Both the position numbers and the translations under genes were made by a program. 64,000 nucleotides of DNA, taken from the NCBI RefSeq assembly GCF_006345805.1, contig NC_043004.1, positions 87,420,001-87,484,000 on the forward strand, read 5' to 3'. Source of the DNA: Octopus sinensis. Taxonomy: Eukaryota. A model generated the notes under the pieces. The model ran no database searches, was not told where the DNA came from, and saw nothing but the letters and a program-made list of their open reading frames with translations. Each line of letters starts with the position of its first letter. The first letter of the stretch is position 1. Shown here in pieces: positions 51,096 to 64,000 of the stretch.

Positions 51096-54000
51096 GGAGA
51101 GAGGGAGAGAGAGGGGGGAGAGCAAGAAAGAGAGAGAGAGAGAGAAAAAGAGAGAGAGAGAGAAAAAGAGAGAGAGAGAGAGAGAGTGTGTAGTAGTAGA
51201 ATAAGATGTTTTTTTTCTATGAGAACTCTAGATGTAGATGCAGGTCAGAAGGTGTAAAGCTATATGTTAAACTATTCTGCTTATGAGTGTGGTATTCATA
51301 GATATCAAACTTATAACTATTGATATATTTTAATATAACACCATTAAGTATTTGATTTCAGAATTATGAAATTTCTTCAACAGAATATCTTCAAAAGAGA
51401 AATGAAATTGTATTGAATAGTGAGAAAGGTTAACAAAAGTGTTTATATATTTTGAAATAATTTTACTAAATATTTTTAGTGATAATCATCATATATATAA
51501 AGCAACAATGAAAGTGATGTAAAAATGAAATTCTGTGTAATACATGAAAAAAAAAAAAGACGATGATGAGAGATTGATAGTGGTAACTCAATGGTGATAT
51601 GTTTTGTTTCCAAACCCCTATGAATCTGCTTTTAAAATCACCTTAAATAGATGAAAATAGTAACTAAAGAAATGGTATCAAAGTTATTAACTACAGGATA
51701 ATAAACTGGAATTAGGAATAAATGCTGAATTGAATGTGTTCTGCTATTGTAGTGATTCACTATAAGGTCAAATTTGATGCATAAAAATGGCCTGACTATC
51801 AATATAAAATTTGCCAACTTACTGGACTATATAGCATAACAAATTAAGAACTTTTCAGTGCCTTGTTTGGCATATATCCAAGGGATTTTACTTATAGAAG
51901 CTGACAAGAGGAAATGAACAGTAGATTGGTTTTTTTTCATCATGTACCACATGGATAGAAGTTAGATTTGGGAATTGAATACTGTAACTTACTTCAGTAA
52001 TCCCATATATTAAGAACTGTCAGTTGATCTAAAATTGACAAAATGCCAGATATTATTAGTGAATTATATTCAAAAGAGGTAGAGACAAATGAAATCTTTC
52101 TGAAGTACTCTAAAAGGCACTTTCATCAAGAATATCAACTACTTATTTCCATATACTATTCTACTGTTTCACTTAAGATCCAAAACAGTAAATTTTCCAT
52201 TATATTATTGGAAAGATAGCTATTGGATTGGCAGAATTGTCAGAGTGTCCGACAAAATACCTAGTGGTATTTCATCTGGCCTTTACTTTCTGAGTTCAAA
52301 TCTTGTTGAGGTTAACTTAGTCTTTCATTATTTCATGGTTAATAAAATAAAATATTAGTCAAGAGCTGGGATTGGCAAAAACATGCAGAATTGGAAGGTG
52401 TATTGTAAGAAAATATTGAAGGAAGATAGTTCCACAAAGCAGTAGTCATTTCACATATTGTAATGAGAATGTAATTCCTAAAGCCCAAGAGGCATTTAAA
52501 GTCATTGTTTAGCTCTGGTTATTTATCATCACATCTATTGAAAAATATCACCAGTGACTATCGGTTTCCAATAGGCCAATCACAGGTTTAATGTATTTCA
52601 GATCATCATCATTTTAATGATCACTTTTCCATGCTCCCATGGGTCAGATGGAATTTGTTGAAGCAATTTTTCTACATCCAGATGCCCTTCTACAGTTGTT
52701 GCTACCCACCCTATCTCCAAGTAAAGTAATATTTCCTTATGATCAGGTATATTTCTATAGAAGATTGGAAGTGAAAGAAACTGCTTGCATGATGGAGACA
52801 CATGCCTACAACTATCACATGATATCAAGGTAAAGGGACAGTAACATACACACACACACATATAGTGGGCTTCTTTCAGTTTCTGTTTGTCAAATCCACT
52901 TACAAGGCTTTGATCAGCCTAGGGCTTTAGTCAGCCTAGAGCCTTGTTCTAGGTATCATGTAGTGGGACTGAACCTGAAACCATGTGGTTGGGAAAGAAA
53001 CTGCTTACCACACAGCTATGCCTGTGTAGTTGAGAGTAATGAAGGAATTTGATGTTGAACACATTTTTCAAAGGACTTCATTTGCAGAGTACCACTTCTT
53101 CAGTCATCTTGTCAATGTCTATGTCCTGCACTGATATCTATATTCCTTGTTAATATACAGCAATGAAAGATACAGATACATATGCACATGAACATGTATA
53201 TTTGATGAACTTTGACACAACTTCTATATCACAAAGAACCCTCACAAGGTTTTGGAAAACCCAACACTACTGCAGCAGACTCCTGTTCAAGGCACTACAC
53301 AATGGAATCAAACCCAGAACTACATGGTTGTTAAATGAACTTCTGAACCATGGAGCCATGTCTACATCTATGGTCACATGGTGTTAGGTGAATGGAAACT
53401 TGGATTAGTTGTCAGTCTATAAGTGACATTTTTACATAATCAGGTACCTATTCATGACAGGTAGTTGCACCAAGATGTGTAAAATTAAATACACTGATTA
53501 AACACAGAATGAAGTGTCTGAAATGGAACTGAACTGAAGATCTAGAAACTGATAGCTATATAGCAGTTCCACGAAGCCATTTTATCTCTACGCTTTATAT
53601 GTTGCTTGATGCTGGCTTTAGGAAGGAAAACACAATGCAGATAGTGAAAAGTAAGTAGAGATAGGCTGCATTCAATGATTTATGGACATGCTATAGTACT
53701 AGCACAGTCCTATTATTAACAAAGAATGGAAGGGGTGGGTTATAGCTACTAAGGATTTATTAATTAAGGAGATGGGATTTCTTTTGAATGAAGTCTAAAA
53801 TGTGACTGATCAAAAGCTTTCTGTCATCCGTCACAGATGTGACAGTAGTATCTAAAATGAGAATCAGTAATCTCAATAACAGTTATATGAATTTTATGAG
53901 TCCTAAGAGATGCTCATATAAAGAGAAAGGTTGAAAAGCTTGGAGGGATTGTTTGACATAATGACTGAAATGTCACATTGTTACAGTAGATCTATGGGTA

Positions 54001-56730
54001 ATATGTTCCAGGCCTTTAAAGTCTAATTTCCCTTGTACACTGATGTAATGTTTCTTAGAAAACAATTTAGTGATTGATTTTTACGTGTCTAAAAGTGTAG
54101 GGAGGGTGGTGAAGCTAAACATACCAAAGATGATAGTGCCCAATAGATTTCTAGCTCTAGTTCAGTTAGGCGTGAACTACATTAGTAACCAAGAGTGGTC
54201 ACAATAAAATTAGTGAAATAAACAATTGACAGCTTGTTCTGCTTAAAAAAATCTACAACGATGAAATTAAAATGCAGTTTTTCAGTCGGTTAAGCTTTAT
54301 TTATCTTACAAGAACAATAACATCAGAGATCAAATACTACAATGCGATGTTACTCTGATTATTTAATCTGTTTTCCTTTTCCTTTTTCCAGTTCTTTCTT
54401 ATCTCACAAGTTACTTGGTGACCTCACTGGTGGCAGAAAAGAGCACCAAGTACATACTGTAAAGTAGTTGGCACTAGGAAGGGCATCCATCTATAGAAAC
54501 AAAGTCAAAGCTGAGACTGGTGTTTGATGTGGCCTTGTGGCTCATCAGTTACTGTCAAACTGTCCAATTAATGCCAGCATGGAAAATGAATGTTTAATGA
54601 TGATGATATTTCTTAATTTAAATCTTTTCTACCTTTTTGTCATGAAAGGAATCAGTAACCTACAACTGTGATGAGTAGGTATAGCAGTAAATTAATTTTT
54701 GAGTATATTCTGTGGGAAAGATTCTATTCTATATTATAACTGGAAAAACTCCATAGCTCTTGGTTTTCACATCTAGTTAAGAAATGATTTATTCAACCTT
54801 TGTTAAACCTAGAATAAGTTTAATTATTTCAAAGAGTCTATTTCCCCTCCTCTGAAAAACAGTGTTTCCCAGAGTGGGAGCCTTTTTTCCTGCAAAGGAA
54901 GGCTGTGAGGAATGGAAAGGGGATAGGCAAATATCCATGTTTTGATAAAATTAAGTTTTAAACTGACCCAACATTATGGCAAAGAAGAAATTATTTGGTT
55001 GTAAACTATTTTGTATTCCTATTAATTGCAGGGAAGCAGGGGTATAGTGGTACTTGTTAGTTTGTGATCTACTGGTATAACTGACAAAATAATTATCAAA
55101 AAGAACTAATACAGAAAAAAAAAAGTAACAGAATTTAAAATTTTAGAGCAGTGTTGAAGCCTGGAGGAAGGAACAGTGCCCATGGTCAGTGAAGGCCTCC
55201 TTAAAACCAGAGAGATTGATTGTCATTAATTTTCCTCTCAAACTTTCGCAAGCCAACACCTAGAGGAAAGACATGATCAGGAAGGGAATTCCTGAGGGAA
55301 CCTGTAAAGAAGGATGGGTGTAGCAATTATTGTGGGACTTGGGGTTTGAACACAAGTGGCTGAGGAATGCCTGAGTAGAAGTGACATGAGATCAGTCAAC
55401 TCTGAGGAGCTGAACATGTAGTTTATATTTGTACACTTTTGTTCATGTCTCCATTGTGTCCCTTTAGTCCCATTACTTAGCAGTTTGACAAATAGAGATT
55501 AATAAAATAAGTACCAGACAGAAATACATGATTGCATCAATATTTTTTGATAAACACTTGAAGATAGTGCTCCTTGCATGGTCACAGTTTGATGTGTAAA
55601 AGAACAGAATAATTTTAGGATTAGTGATATAAATAGTTATGTGGCCAGAAGTTTTCATCCAGTTTTTCCTTTACTCCATACATCATCATCATCTTCGTTT
55701 AACATCTGCTTTCTATGCTGGCATGGGTTGAATGGTTTGACTGAGTACTGGCAAGCCAGATGGCTGCATCAGGCTCCAGTCTGATCTAGCAGAGTTTCTA
55801 CAGCTGGATGCCCTTCCTAATGCCAACCACTCTGAGAGTGTATGGGTGCTTTTACGTGCCACCGACATGAGGGCCAGTCAGGTGGTTCTGGCGACGGCCA
55901 TGCTCAAATGGTGTTTTTTTATGTGCCACCTGCACAGGAGCCAGTCCAATTTTTAAAATGTTTCCCTTGAAATTATCTAGCTAAGGATTTTATATCACTA
56001 ATCCTGAGGTTTTATATCTCTCGGGCTAAAAAATCCTTAAATAATAGTAAATGCAAAGTGCCTAACATCATGCAGAACATCGATTGATTGCTGAAAATAA
56101 TTAATAGTTTGTTGTATTGAAGGAACAATTTAAAAATGGCAGACATGATAGCTTGATAATATTTATAATCAAAATAAAAATTTCCATGACTCAAAATTTT
56201 AGGCAAAGGCATGTTTGGTTGAGAAGCTTGCTTTGCAACCAAGAGGTTTAAGGTTCAGTTCTACTGTGTGACACATTGGACAAGTGTTTTCTACTAATAC
56301 AACCTTGTGCTGACCACTGCCTCATGACTGAATTTGGTAGACAGAAACTGTGTGGAAGCTTGCTGAGTGTTTGTGTGTATTTGAGTGTGTGTATGTACGT
56401 TTACCCCACTCCCTTCTCGACTGCTTGACAATTTGTGTTGGTTTGTTTACATTCTGGTAACTTAGTAGTTTGGCAAAATAGACTGATAGAGTAAGCACCA
56501 GACTTTAAAAAAATAAGAACTGGAGTTGATTTATTTGACTAAACCCTTCATGGCAGTGCCCCAGCATGGCAGCAGTCCAATGACTGTAACAAGTAAAAGA
56601 TAAAAAGATAACGTCTTCTAGGTTATTTATAAATTCAAATTATTCTTTCAAAATATCTAAATATTTTAAAATTCAGAATCAAAGTTTGGATCTAAGCCAA
56701 TACGTATAAAATATCAGTTGATAAACTTAC

Positions 56731-56861
56731 ATGTGTGTCCCAAGTTCTTTGACTTCATGATGAATCACTCCATCAATACTATCATTTGGAGTGAGTTCAG
56801 CAGTAGGATGTGGGGTTACACCAGAGAGCATCAATCTTTGTGAGCTGGTCTGTAGGTCAGC
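56731..56861 (-). CDS. TRAPPC13: TRAPPC13 exon, [43 protein letters not shown](I); most 5' exon found in the window
   Basis: ttttgcattaacag| acceptor and |gtaagt donor; 131 nt, phase 0 to 2, joins the exon starting at 41446. Matches [10 protein letters not shown]...[16 protein letters not shown]. Confidence 0.96.
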
Positions 56862-59044
56862 CTGTTAATGCAAAATAAAGGATTTTTATAATTTGTTCTT
56901 CATTCAAAAAACAAAAGTTTCATTATAACTGAAAAATTAATCAACTCATACTTAACTTGCACATTTAGTGGTATCTTGTAACTGAAAGGGTTGATTTGCT
57001 ACAATCAACCCTTTAAGTCATTAAGTTTATTGTAAATAATTCATTTGAAATCTGTTCTTTTAAAAGATATTCAAGAACTATAGTAACAGTAAGGTAGATT
57101 TCTGAGTGTATAGAAGATGCAAGTATAGCTGTGTGGTTAACAAGTTTGTATCCCAAGTACATAGTTTCAGTTCAGTCGCACTACATGGCACCTTGAGCAA
57201 GTGCCTTCTACTAAAGCCCCAGGCCAACCACAACTTTGTAAGTGGATTTGATAGATGTGAAGTGAAAGATGCCAGATATACCATAAAAACCCATGTAACT
57301 TATGCACATTTTTTCACAAAAATAAAAATAAACTTTAGTGGGTGCGTAAATTACATAAGTAGATTGTTTCCTGAAATTTTTTAGGAATTTTTTTGTTGAA
57401 AAAAGATGTACAAAATGTAAACATTTGTACCAGAAGTCGACTCATTTAATGGGCTTAAATATAATGGAGTTGACTTTTATTTATGCTGGACAGTATAATG
57501 CTTACGTTTTCTGTATAAATTTACTAAAACCATTAAATGGTTAACTACTTTTTGAAGTTTGACATTGATGCTGGTAATCACGGTTTGGGCCATATTTTAC
57601 TCTGTTAAGTGTTATCCAAGCTGATGTTTATTGGTAATTAAACTTAATTTGTAATACCTGTGCATATTTATCAGCTTCGTTTTTGTTGATAATTCTTATC
57701 AACAACTTTTCCTGAGATCCTGGTTTGAGAAGACATACAGCAGTATGCTAAAGATTGGACATAATCTCTTGTGGGCAAGAAACGTAAAATAAAATTTATT
57801 ATAAGCAAGATTATCCACCATCTTTCCAACAATAATCTTGGGCACCTTTTTGAATTTCATATGACAAACACTTGTGGGGGGGGGGGACAACACAGCACCC
57901 ATGACTTTCAGAAACATTTTTTCATACCTAGAATTGCTGAAGCATGGAATAAACTACCTGCATCAGTTGTTAGCTGTTGAGACATGACATCCTTCAAAAC
58001 TGCCATGCTTTCTGAAATCCGTCACCAGTGCACCTGATGGCTTTTTTTAGTTGTAGTGCACCAGAGTATTGTATACAACAATTTCCTTCATTATATCATG
58101 TATACATGCTCACAATTTGTAAAATAATACTTCAGTTATTTCCGGTTACACGGACACACACACACACAATCTCATACAGGTACGCGTATATGCACACACA
58201 CAAACACACACATTCTCATAGAGTTACATACACACACACACACACACACACAAACAAGGCTTATACAGTTATACACATGCAAACACACACACACACACAA
58301 ACACACAATCAGAGTCATATTTTTCATTTATTTATTTTTATTATTGGAAAGCTAATATCAAGGGAGGAGGAGGAGGAGGATGGTATACCGGGGTGGCTAA
58401 AGCAGGCTGCCATTGTCAGTCTCATAAAGAAGAAAGAGGGGAAAACCAAGTGAGTAAAACGGACTGACATATTACAGTCCTGCAAACCCGATTTTATTTA
58501 TATAGACAACACAAACACTTTGTAATTTAATAGCTTTTAATGTGATACCTGTTAAACAGAAATTATTTTTATTTCATGAAAATTTAATAAAATCTAATCA
58601 TAAGTAAGTAAAATTATGCTAAATACAAAACCTTTAACCCCTGGCCATATCAGCAATTCTGAAAACTGAGTGAAAATTTTACACAAGTAGAAGCTTTTAA
58701 CAATTTTTATCCTGAAAATCACCTGTGTAAATTCCACCGGTGCACAATTTACATGCATTTTAATGGTGTGTGTGTGTAACACACACACACACACACACAT
58801 ATATTCGCCATGATAAATCGCTAGCCACTACACATTCTTTATTTTCTCTCATTGTTTCTTTCTGTGTTACTTTCTGTGGAAGAGCATAGGCTCGAATCTT
58901 TAAAGACTTTTTCACTTCCTTAGCATTAAACTAATACATCTGTTTGTTATCTACACCACCTGTCTTCGTCGGAAACATAGAAAAAGGAAAGGTCCAAGAA
59001 AGGGAAGACAGAGAAAGAAAATCGCCAACGATACACACGCGGTC

Positions 59045-59075
<31 letters not shown>

Positions 59076-59283
59076 ACACATATGTATACATATATATATA
59101 TACACACATATACAGATATATACACATATATTGATACATATATAGACATATACATATATGTATACACATATGTATATATATATATATACACATATACATA
59201 TACAAATATATACATATATATACACATATACATATACATCTATACATATATATACACATATATACATATACATATATACACAT

Positions 59284-59358
<75 letters not shown>

Positions 59359-59368
59359 ATATATATAA
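59045..59368. repeat. Compound (TA)n/(TACA)n microsatellite; others at 17317-17391, 36467-36521 and 61750-61910
   Basis: Seen directly; source of the YIYI/HTHT ORFs. Confidence 0.95.
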
Positions 59369-59472
59369 ATGGATGTCAAATGATGCTGATGCTGATCAGA
59401 AGGTGAAGCTGACACAAATGAAGAACCAATAGAAAGATCAGTGAGCAGAATGGACTCTGCTGAGCTGATTTG

Positions 59473-59519
<47 letters not shown>

Positions 59520-61029
59520 TTATACAAAAAAGACATCTATGGTATTATGAGACTTCAGATACAACCAAAGTTTTAAACTTTAGCTCTTAACTTTACATAC
59601 AGCTTCAATATCTCCTAGATACATCTTTAATATGAAGGTCAAACTAATTCATTTTATTGCAAGGCTTTATTACTGGTGATTGACTTATTATATGGGTTCA
59701 GTGACACAAAATCCATTAAATTTCAGCTTACTACTTTCCTTTACAGTTTAATACATGAAACTAAATTTGCTCAGGAATTAGCTACAATTTTAATCTAAAT
59801 GATATTAGATATTATAACATTATAATTACCAGTTAGAGGATTGATGTTCTTATTGTCTAAAATTGGTACTTAAAGTGTCTCATATCTTTTGAATGTAGTG
59901 TTTTAAAGTTATTTGTCTAGCAAAGTTGTTGATTTTAAATCTTGAATCAAGCTTTAATTAATACCTTAATTATGCTTTTCCTTTTATCTTCACCATCATC
60001 ATTTAATGTTCCTGTTCCATGCTGGCATGGGTTAGATAGTTTGACAGAATCCAATGGGCCCAAAGACTGCATCATACTCCAGTGTTTGGTAGTTTGGTAT
60101 GGATTCTACAGCTGGATGGCCTTCTTAATGCCAATCCTTTTACAGAGTATACTGTGTGCTTTCTTCAAGCCACCGGCATTAGTGAGGTTGTCATGCAGCT
60201 TGCAAGACTACGAACTTCAAGTGGCAAGGGATAATTTTATGCTTAAAGAATGAGGAACAGAGTGGGGGGTAAAGTATGACAGAACAGGGTCACAACAGAA
60301 CAGGGTCACAACAGAACAGGTTCCTTGCTGTAGAAGAGCAACATGATGACTCACATTTTAGAAGAGAGAGGTTGGTGGTGGAGTTGGAAAATGATATAAG
60401 TGATGATGAAGAGTCAACATGGGCCTTCAAGGTACGAGGTAGGGAAGAATGGGTTAGAAATGAATAAACTAGAAAAAAATTATAATGAATTTTATATCCT
60501 ATACATTATATATTGCATTGTAAAGTGGCTTGCTAAATGTTTTATCTATACTGAAATAGTGTTATTCATTAGAAATGGTATGAAATAACAGTAACAATTA
60601 TTGTGAATCTAAATACATGTATGTCAGTGAAATAAACTAATTAGCATTTAATATTACAGGTAAAAAACAAAGTTATTATTTCAGTATCTAGTCATTAAAA
60701 TTTTGCATTGTTTATCAGAAATAAATAGATTGGAGTAATTCATTTTTTAAGTACATTTTTGTAAATTAATTATTTAAATACAATAGGAGACAGGGATTGA
60801 TGAATAAGGATTTCTTAGAAATGAGAAGTAATACAGGAAAGTATTTGAACTTTATCACTTACAAACAAAAAATTATAAAATCCAATTTTATTATGAGTTA
60901 GAAGAAAATATTATAGCATATTAGAAAAAAAAAGAAAAAAAAGGACAATACAAATAAATGCCAGCAATTCCAAGCTCATGGTGAAAATAAAATAACAACA
61001 TTATATATATATATATATTATATATGCAC

Positions 61030-61395
61030 GCAAGTAGCTGTGTGGTAAGAAGCTTGCTTCCCAACCACATGGTTCTGGGTTCAGTCCAACTGCATGGCAT
61101 CTTGGGTAAGTATCTTCTACTATAACCTTGGGCCAACCAAAGCCTTGTGAGTGGATTTGGTAAGAAGTCCATCACATATATATATGTGTGCATGTATGTG
61201 TGTGTGTATATTTGTGTGACTGTGCTTGTCCCTCCACCATTGCTTGACAACTGATGTTGGTGTGCAAAAGAGAACAATAGAATAAGCACTAAGCTTATAC
61301 AAAGAATAAGTCCTGGGGGCGGTTTGTTTGACTAAAGGCAGTGCTCCAGCATGGCCACAGTCAAATGACTGAAACAAGTAAAAGAATAAAAGAAT
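61030..61395 (+). mobile_element. tRNA-derived SINE family B
   Basis: Same head and tail as 12941-13318. Confidence 0.8.
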
Positions 61396-61760
61396 ACATA
61401 CACCACACAAGGCAGAGAACTGGTGGAAAGAGTCTGATACAGAAATATATGTAAGCAGATTTCTTTTATCTTGTAAAATAAAGACGAGCTTAAAATATCT
61501 GTGAAAATATTTGCTTTTTCAGGTTATTTAATACACATTTAACAAACACTTAAAATGTTAAATTTCACTAATGTAGAATGTATTAGTAAAATTTAATGCA
61601 GAAAGACACAAAAGTATAGTAATGGGGAGGAAAAGATATTTTCGTTGTCTTTATAAAATGTTAACTAAAACATTACCTTTTAGATGTCAAATGAATCTTA
61701 GAAGTTGTACATAGGTGTATATGTATTCTCATAGTAATAAGAAATATGAATGTGTGCATG

Positions 61761-61803
<43 letters not shown>

Positions 61804-61840
61804 GTATGTGTGTGTGTATATATATATGTGTATATATATA

Positions 61841-61897
<57 letters not shown>

Positions 61898-63199
61898 CAC
61901 ACACACACAGAGCAAATCATAGATGTTTGTCATGAAAATCTGTACATATTTGTGCAGGTATGACTGTGTGATTAGTGGCAATTTGGTCTCAGGTTCAATC
62001 TTAGTACATGTCATATCAACGCAAGTCTCATCAACTTAGACAGACTAAATATTTTGTGAGAAGAACTGTTAGATAAGTAGAAGGATTTGTAGAGAGACCT
62101 GTCTTGTATATGTGTATCTATGTATACATTGAATTGAAAAATGATAATGAATTGACAATTAAAGAAGCTGATAAAGGGACCTCAATTATATTGATGAATA
62201 ATGAGAATTATAAAAAAATGTTTTCATCTTATATATATATATAGTTTATGTATGTGTTAATATGAATGTGTATGAATGTTGATTCTATATCATCATCATC
62301 ATTGTTTAACGTCCATTTTCCATGCTAGCATGGGTTGGACGGTTCGACCAGGGTCTGGGAAGCCAGAAGGCTGCACCAGGCTCCGGTCTGATCTGGCAGT
62401 GTTTCTACAGCTGGATGCCCTTCCTAATGCCAACCACACCGTGAGTGTAGTGGTTGCTTTTTACGTGCCACCGGCACAGGGATCACAACTACAATTTCCA
62501 TTGATTTTTGATGTTGCTGTACCTGACTCACAAGGTTTCCTCAAGTACAGAGTTGAAACAGTGTTTCTCTACTTGCCACCTGCACAGGAGTCAGTCCAGC
62601 GGCACTAATGCCATTTGAGCTAAAATAGCAAGAGCTTTACAGTAAAAAAAAAAAAGAGTGTTGTAGTTCAGTGGTTTTGTGAGGACAACTGGGTTTAAAA
62701 CTGCCCGACATGAACAAAAAGTTGGGATTAGTAGCATGAAGTTTATCTGGCCTTAGAAAATCTGCCTAGTATGCATAAATGAATGTAAAAGTAATAATGA
62801 TGATATATGTGTGTGTGTGTGTTTTACAAGTTAATAGTTTTAGCAAAGGAAATCCATTTTTGTTAAGTCAGCTCTTCTGAATTAGCAAAATTGGAGTTTC
62901 TTTGCTAAGTCACTAAATCTGTAAAATAAAATTATTTGCTCTACACTCTACACTTATATTTAACTTTTATAGAGACATGTTAATTTGTTCCTTTTTTTTT
63001 ATTTCCATATTTTCAATGGACATAAAATTACAGAGGCAGTGAGGTGTTATTTTACAGCAAGATGCCTTTGCTATCACTCGCTCTTAACTGTTTTTCACGT
63101 AAGAGATATCTTACTGCATATTTGAAAGTGCAAACCCAGCAGATTATTTGTTAACAAATATAAACAACCAATCCCAATAAATGTTATAAATTTATCAAA

Positions 63200-64000
63200 G
63201 GAGACAGTATACAATAAATCAACATACTAGCAAAAGGAGTAAAATTTACCCCAACCCCGCAGAGATCTAATTATAATGAAATTAAAAATGACATTTCAGA
63301 ATTTTGTAGAAAATAGCAATTCACAGAGAATTATTTGATGAGAATAAACAATGATGAATTTGTTATTAGTAACAACTATCACAAAAAAGTAGGAATAAAA
63401 CTCTTGATGATTTTTGTGACCTCATTTTGAATTTTTCCATAAAGTATAAATAAACAAAAAATTAAGTGAAAATTCAGCACTACTGAATAGGAAAGCATAA
63501 TTGGATTGAGAAATGATAATGAATTGACATATAAAGAAGCTGATAAAAGGAGTGCAAGTATATTGATGGATACTGAGAATTATACATTCTTTTTTTATCT
63601 AAGCAAGCAGACAATATATACTATGAAAAGATTAAAAACTACAACCAGCAAAAACTAATGAAAAATCTTAGTTTTCTTACACTTGTACCGAAAAGAATCC
63701 ATTAAGAATGTAATTATATAACTAATTTTAAATGTAAATCACATCTTTTCTATGGCTTACCAAAAAAGTCACAAAAATAAGATAACTGAAGCATGCAAAA
63801 AATCCCCATGTATATGAATTGTTTTATTACCAGGTGATTTAAAATTACAACCAATAGTTGTAATTTTAAATAGTAGCAGGTCTATTATATGAAACTTGTA
63901 TCTGAGTAATTTTTTTAGACATTTTACTGAAAACATTTTTCAAACACATCAAAAGGTTTATAAGCAATGACCTGATATGTTGAATCACCTTCCAAATATG
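63200..64000 (+). mobile_element. Decayed Penelope-like retroelement (RT region), runs off the window
   Basis: Frameshifted motifs LAKG-KFTPTP, EIKNDISEFCRK, KEADKRSASILMD (compare KPADKGGAVVIMD), FYGLPKSHK (compare FYGLPKIHK), LKLQPIV and FLDILLK. Confidence 0.75.

Noticed and set aside
58931-59432. Longest ORFs in the window (up to 162 aa)
   Set aside because: Translations of (TA)n/(TACA)n microsatellite.
56862-64000. Upstream TRAPPC13 exons (NIFLGETF... and the start codon) and promoter
   Set aside because: No matching peptide or splice pair found by eye; presumably beyond the window.

Overview
AT-rich, microsatellite- and SINE-laden eukaryotic DNA. The repeat families and (TA)n/(CA)n/(GA)n density look like an octopus (coleoid cephalopod) genome; this is inference. 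Almost all ORFs in the supplied track are spurious. Reading splice sites by eye gives two real spliced genes arranged tail-to-tail. (1) The last four coding exons of an SGTA/SGTB co-chaperone gene lie on + (1836-7229). (2) Eight coding exons of TRAPPC13 lie on - (56861 down to the stop at 8309); its 5' exons were not found and probably lie beyond the window. The stop codons are about 1.08 kb apart, with a perfect palindrome (8200-8213) that gives AATAAA on both strands. As I recall, human SGTB and TRAPPC13 are also convergent neighbours. The most unusual region is the 22-kb TRAPPC13 intron (17809-40031). It holds two long, near-perfect inverted repeats of apparently non-SINE sequence (19799-20921 and 35108-35606), an inverted MITE pair, a candidate in-frame 24-nt microexon (37425-37448) where vertebrate TRAPPC13 has a short alternative segment, a candidate His-rich alternative terminal exon or nested ORF (18749-18979), and a 659-bp tandem duplication. 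The rest is SINEs and remnants of piggyBac, mariner, RTE, CR1/L2 and Penelope elements. Repeat boundaries are approximate; exon boundaries were checked for phase.
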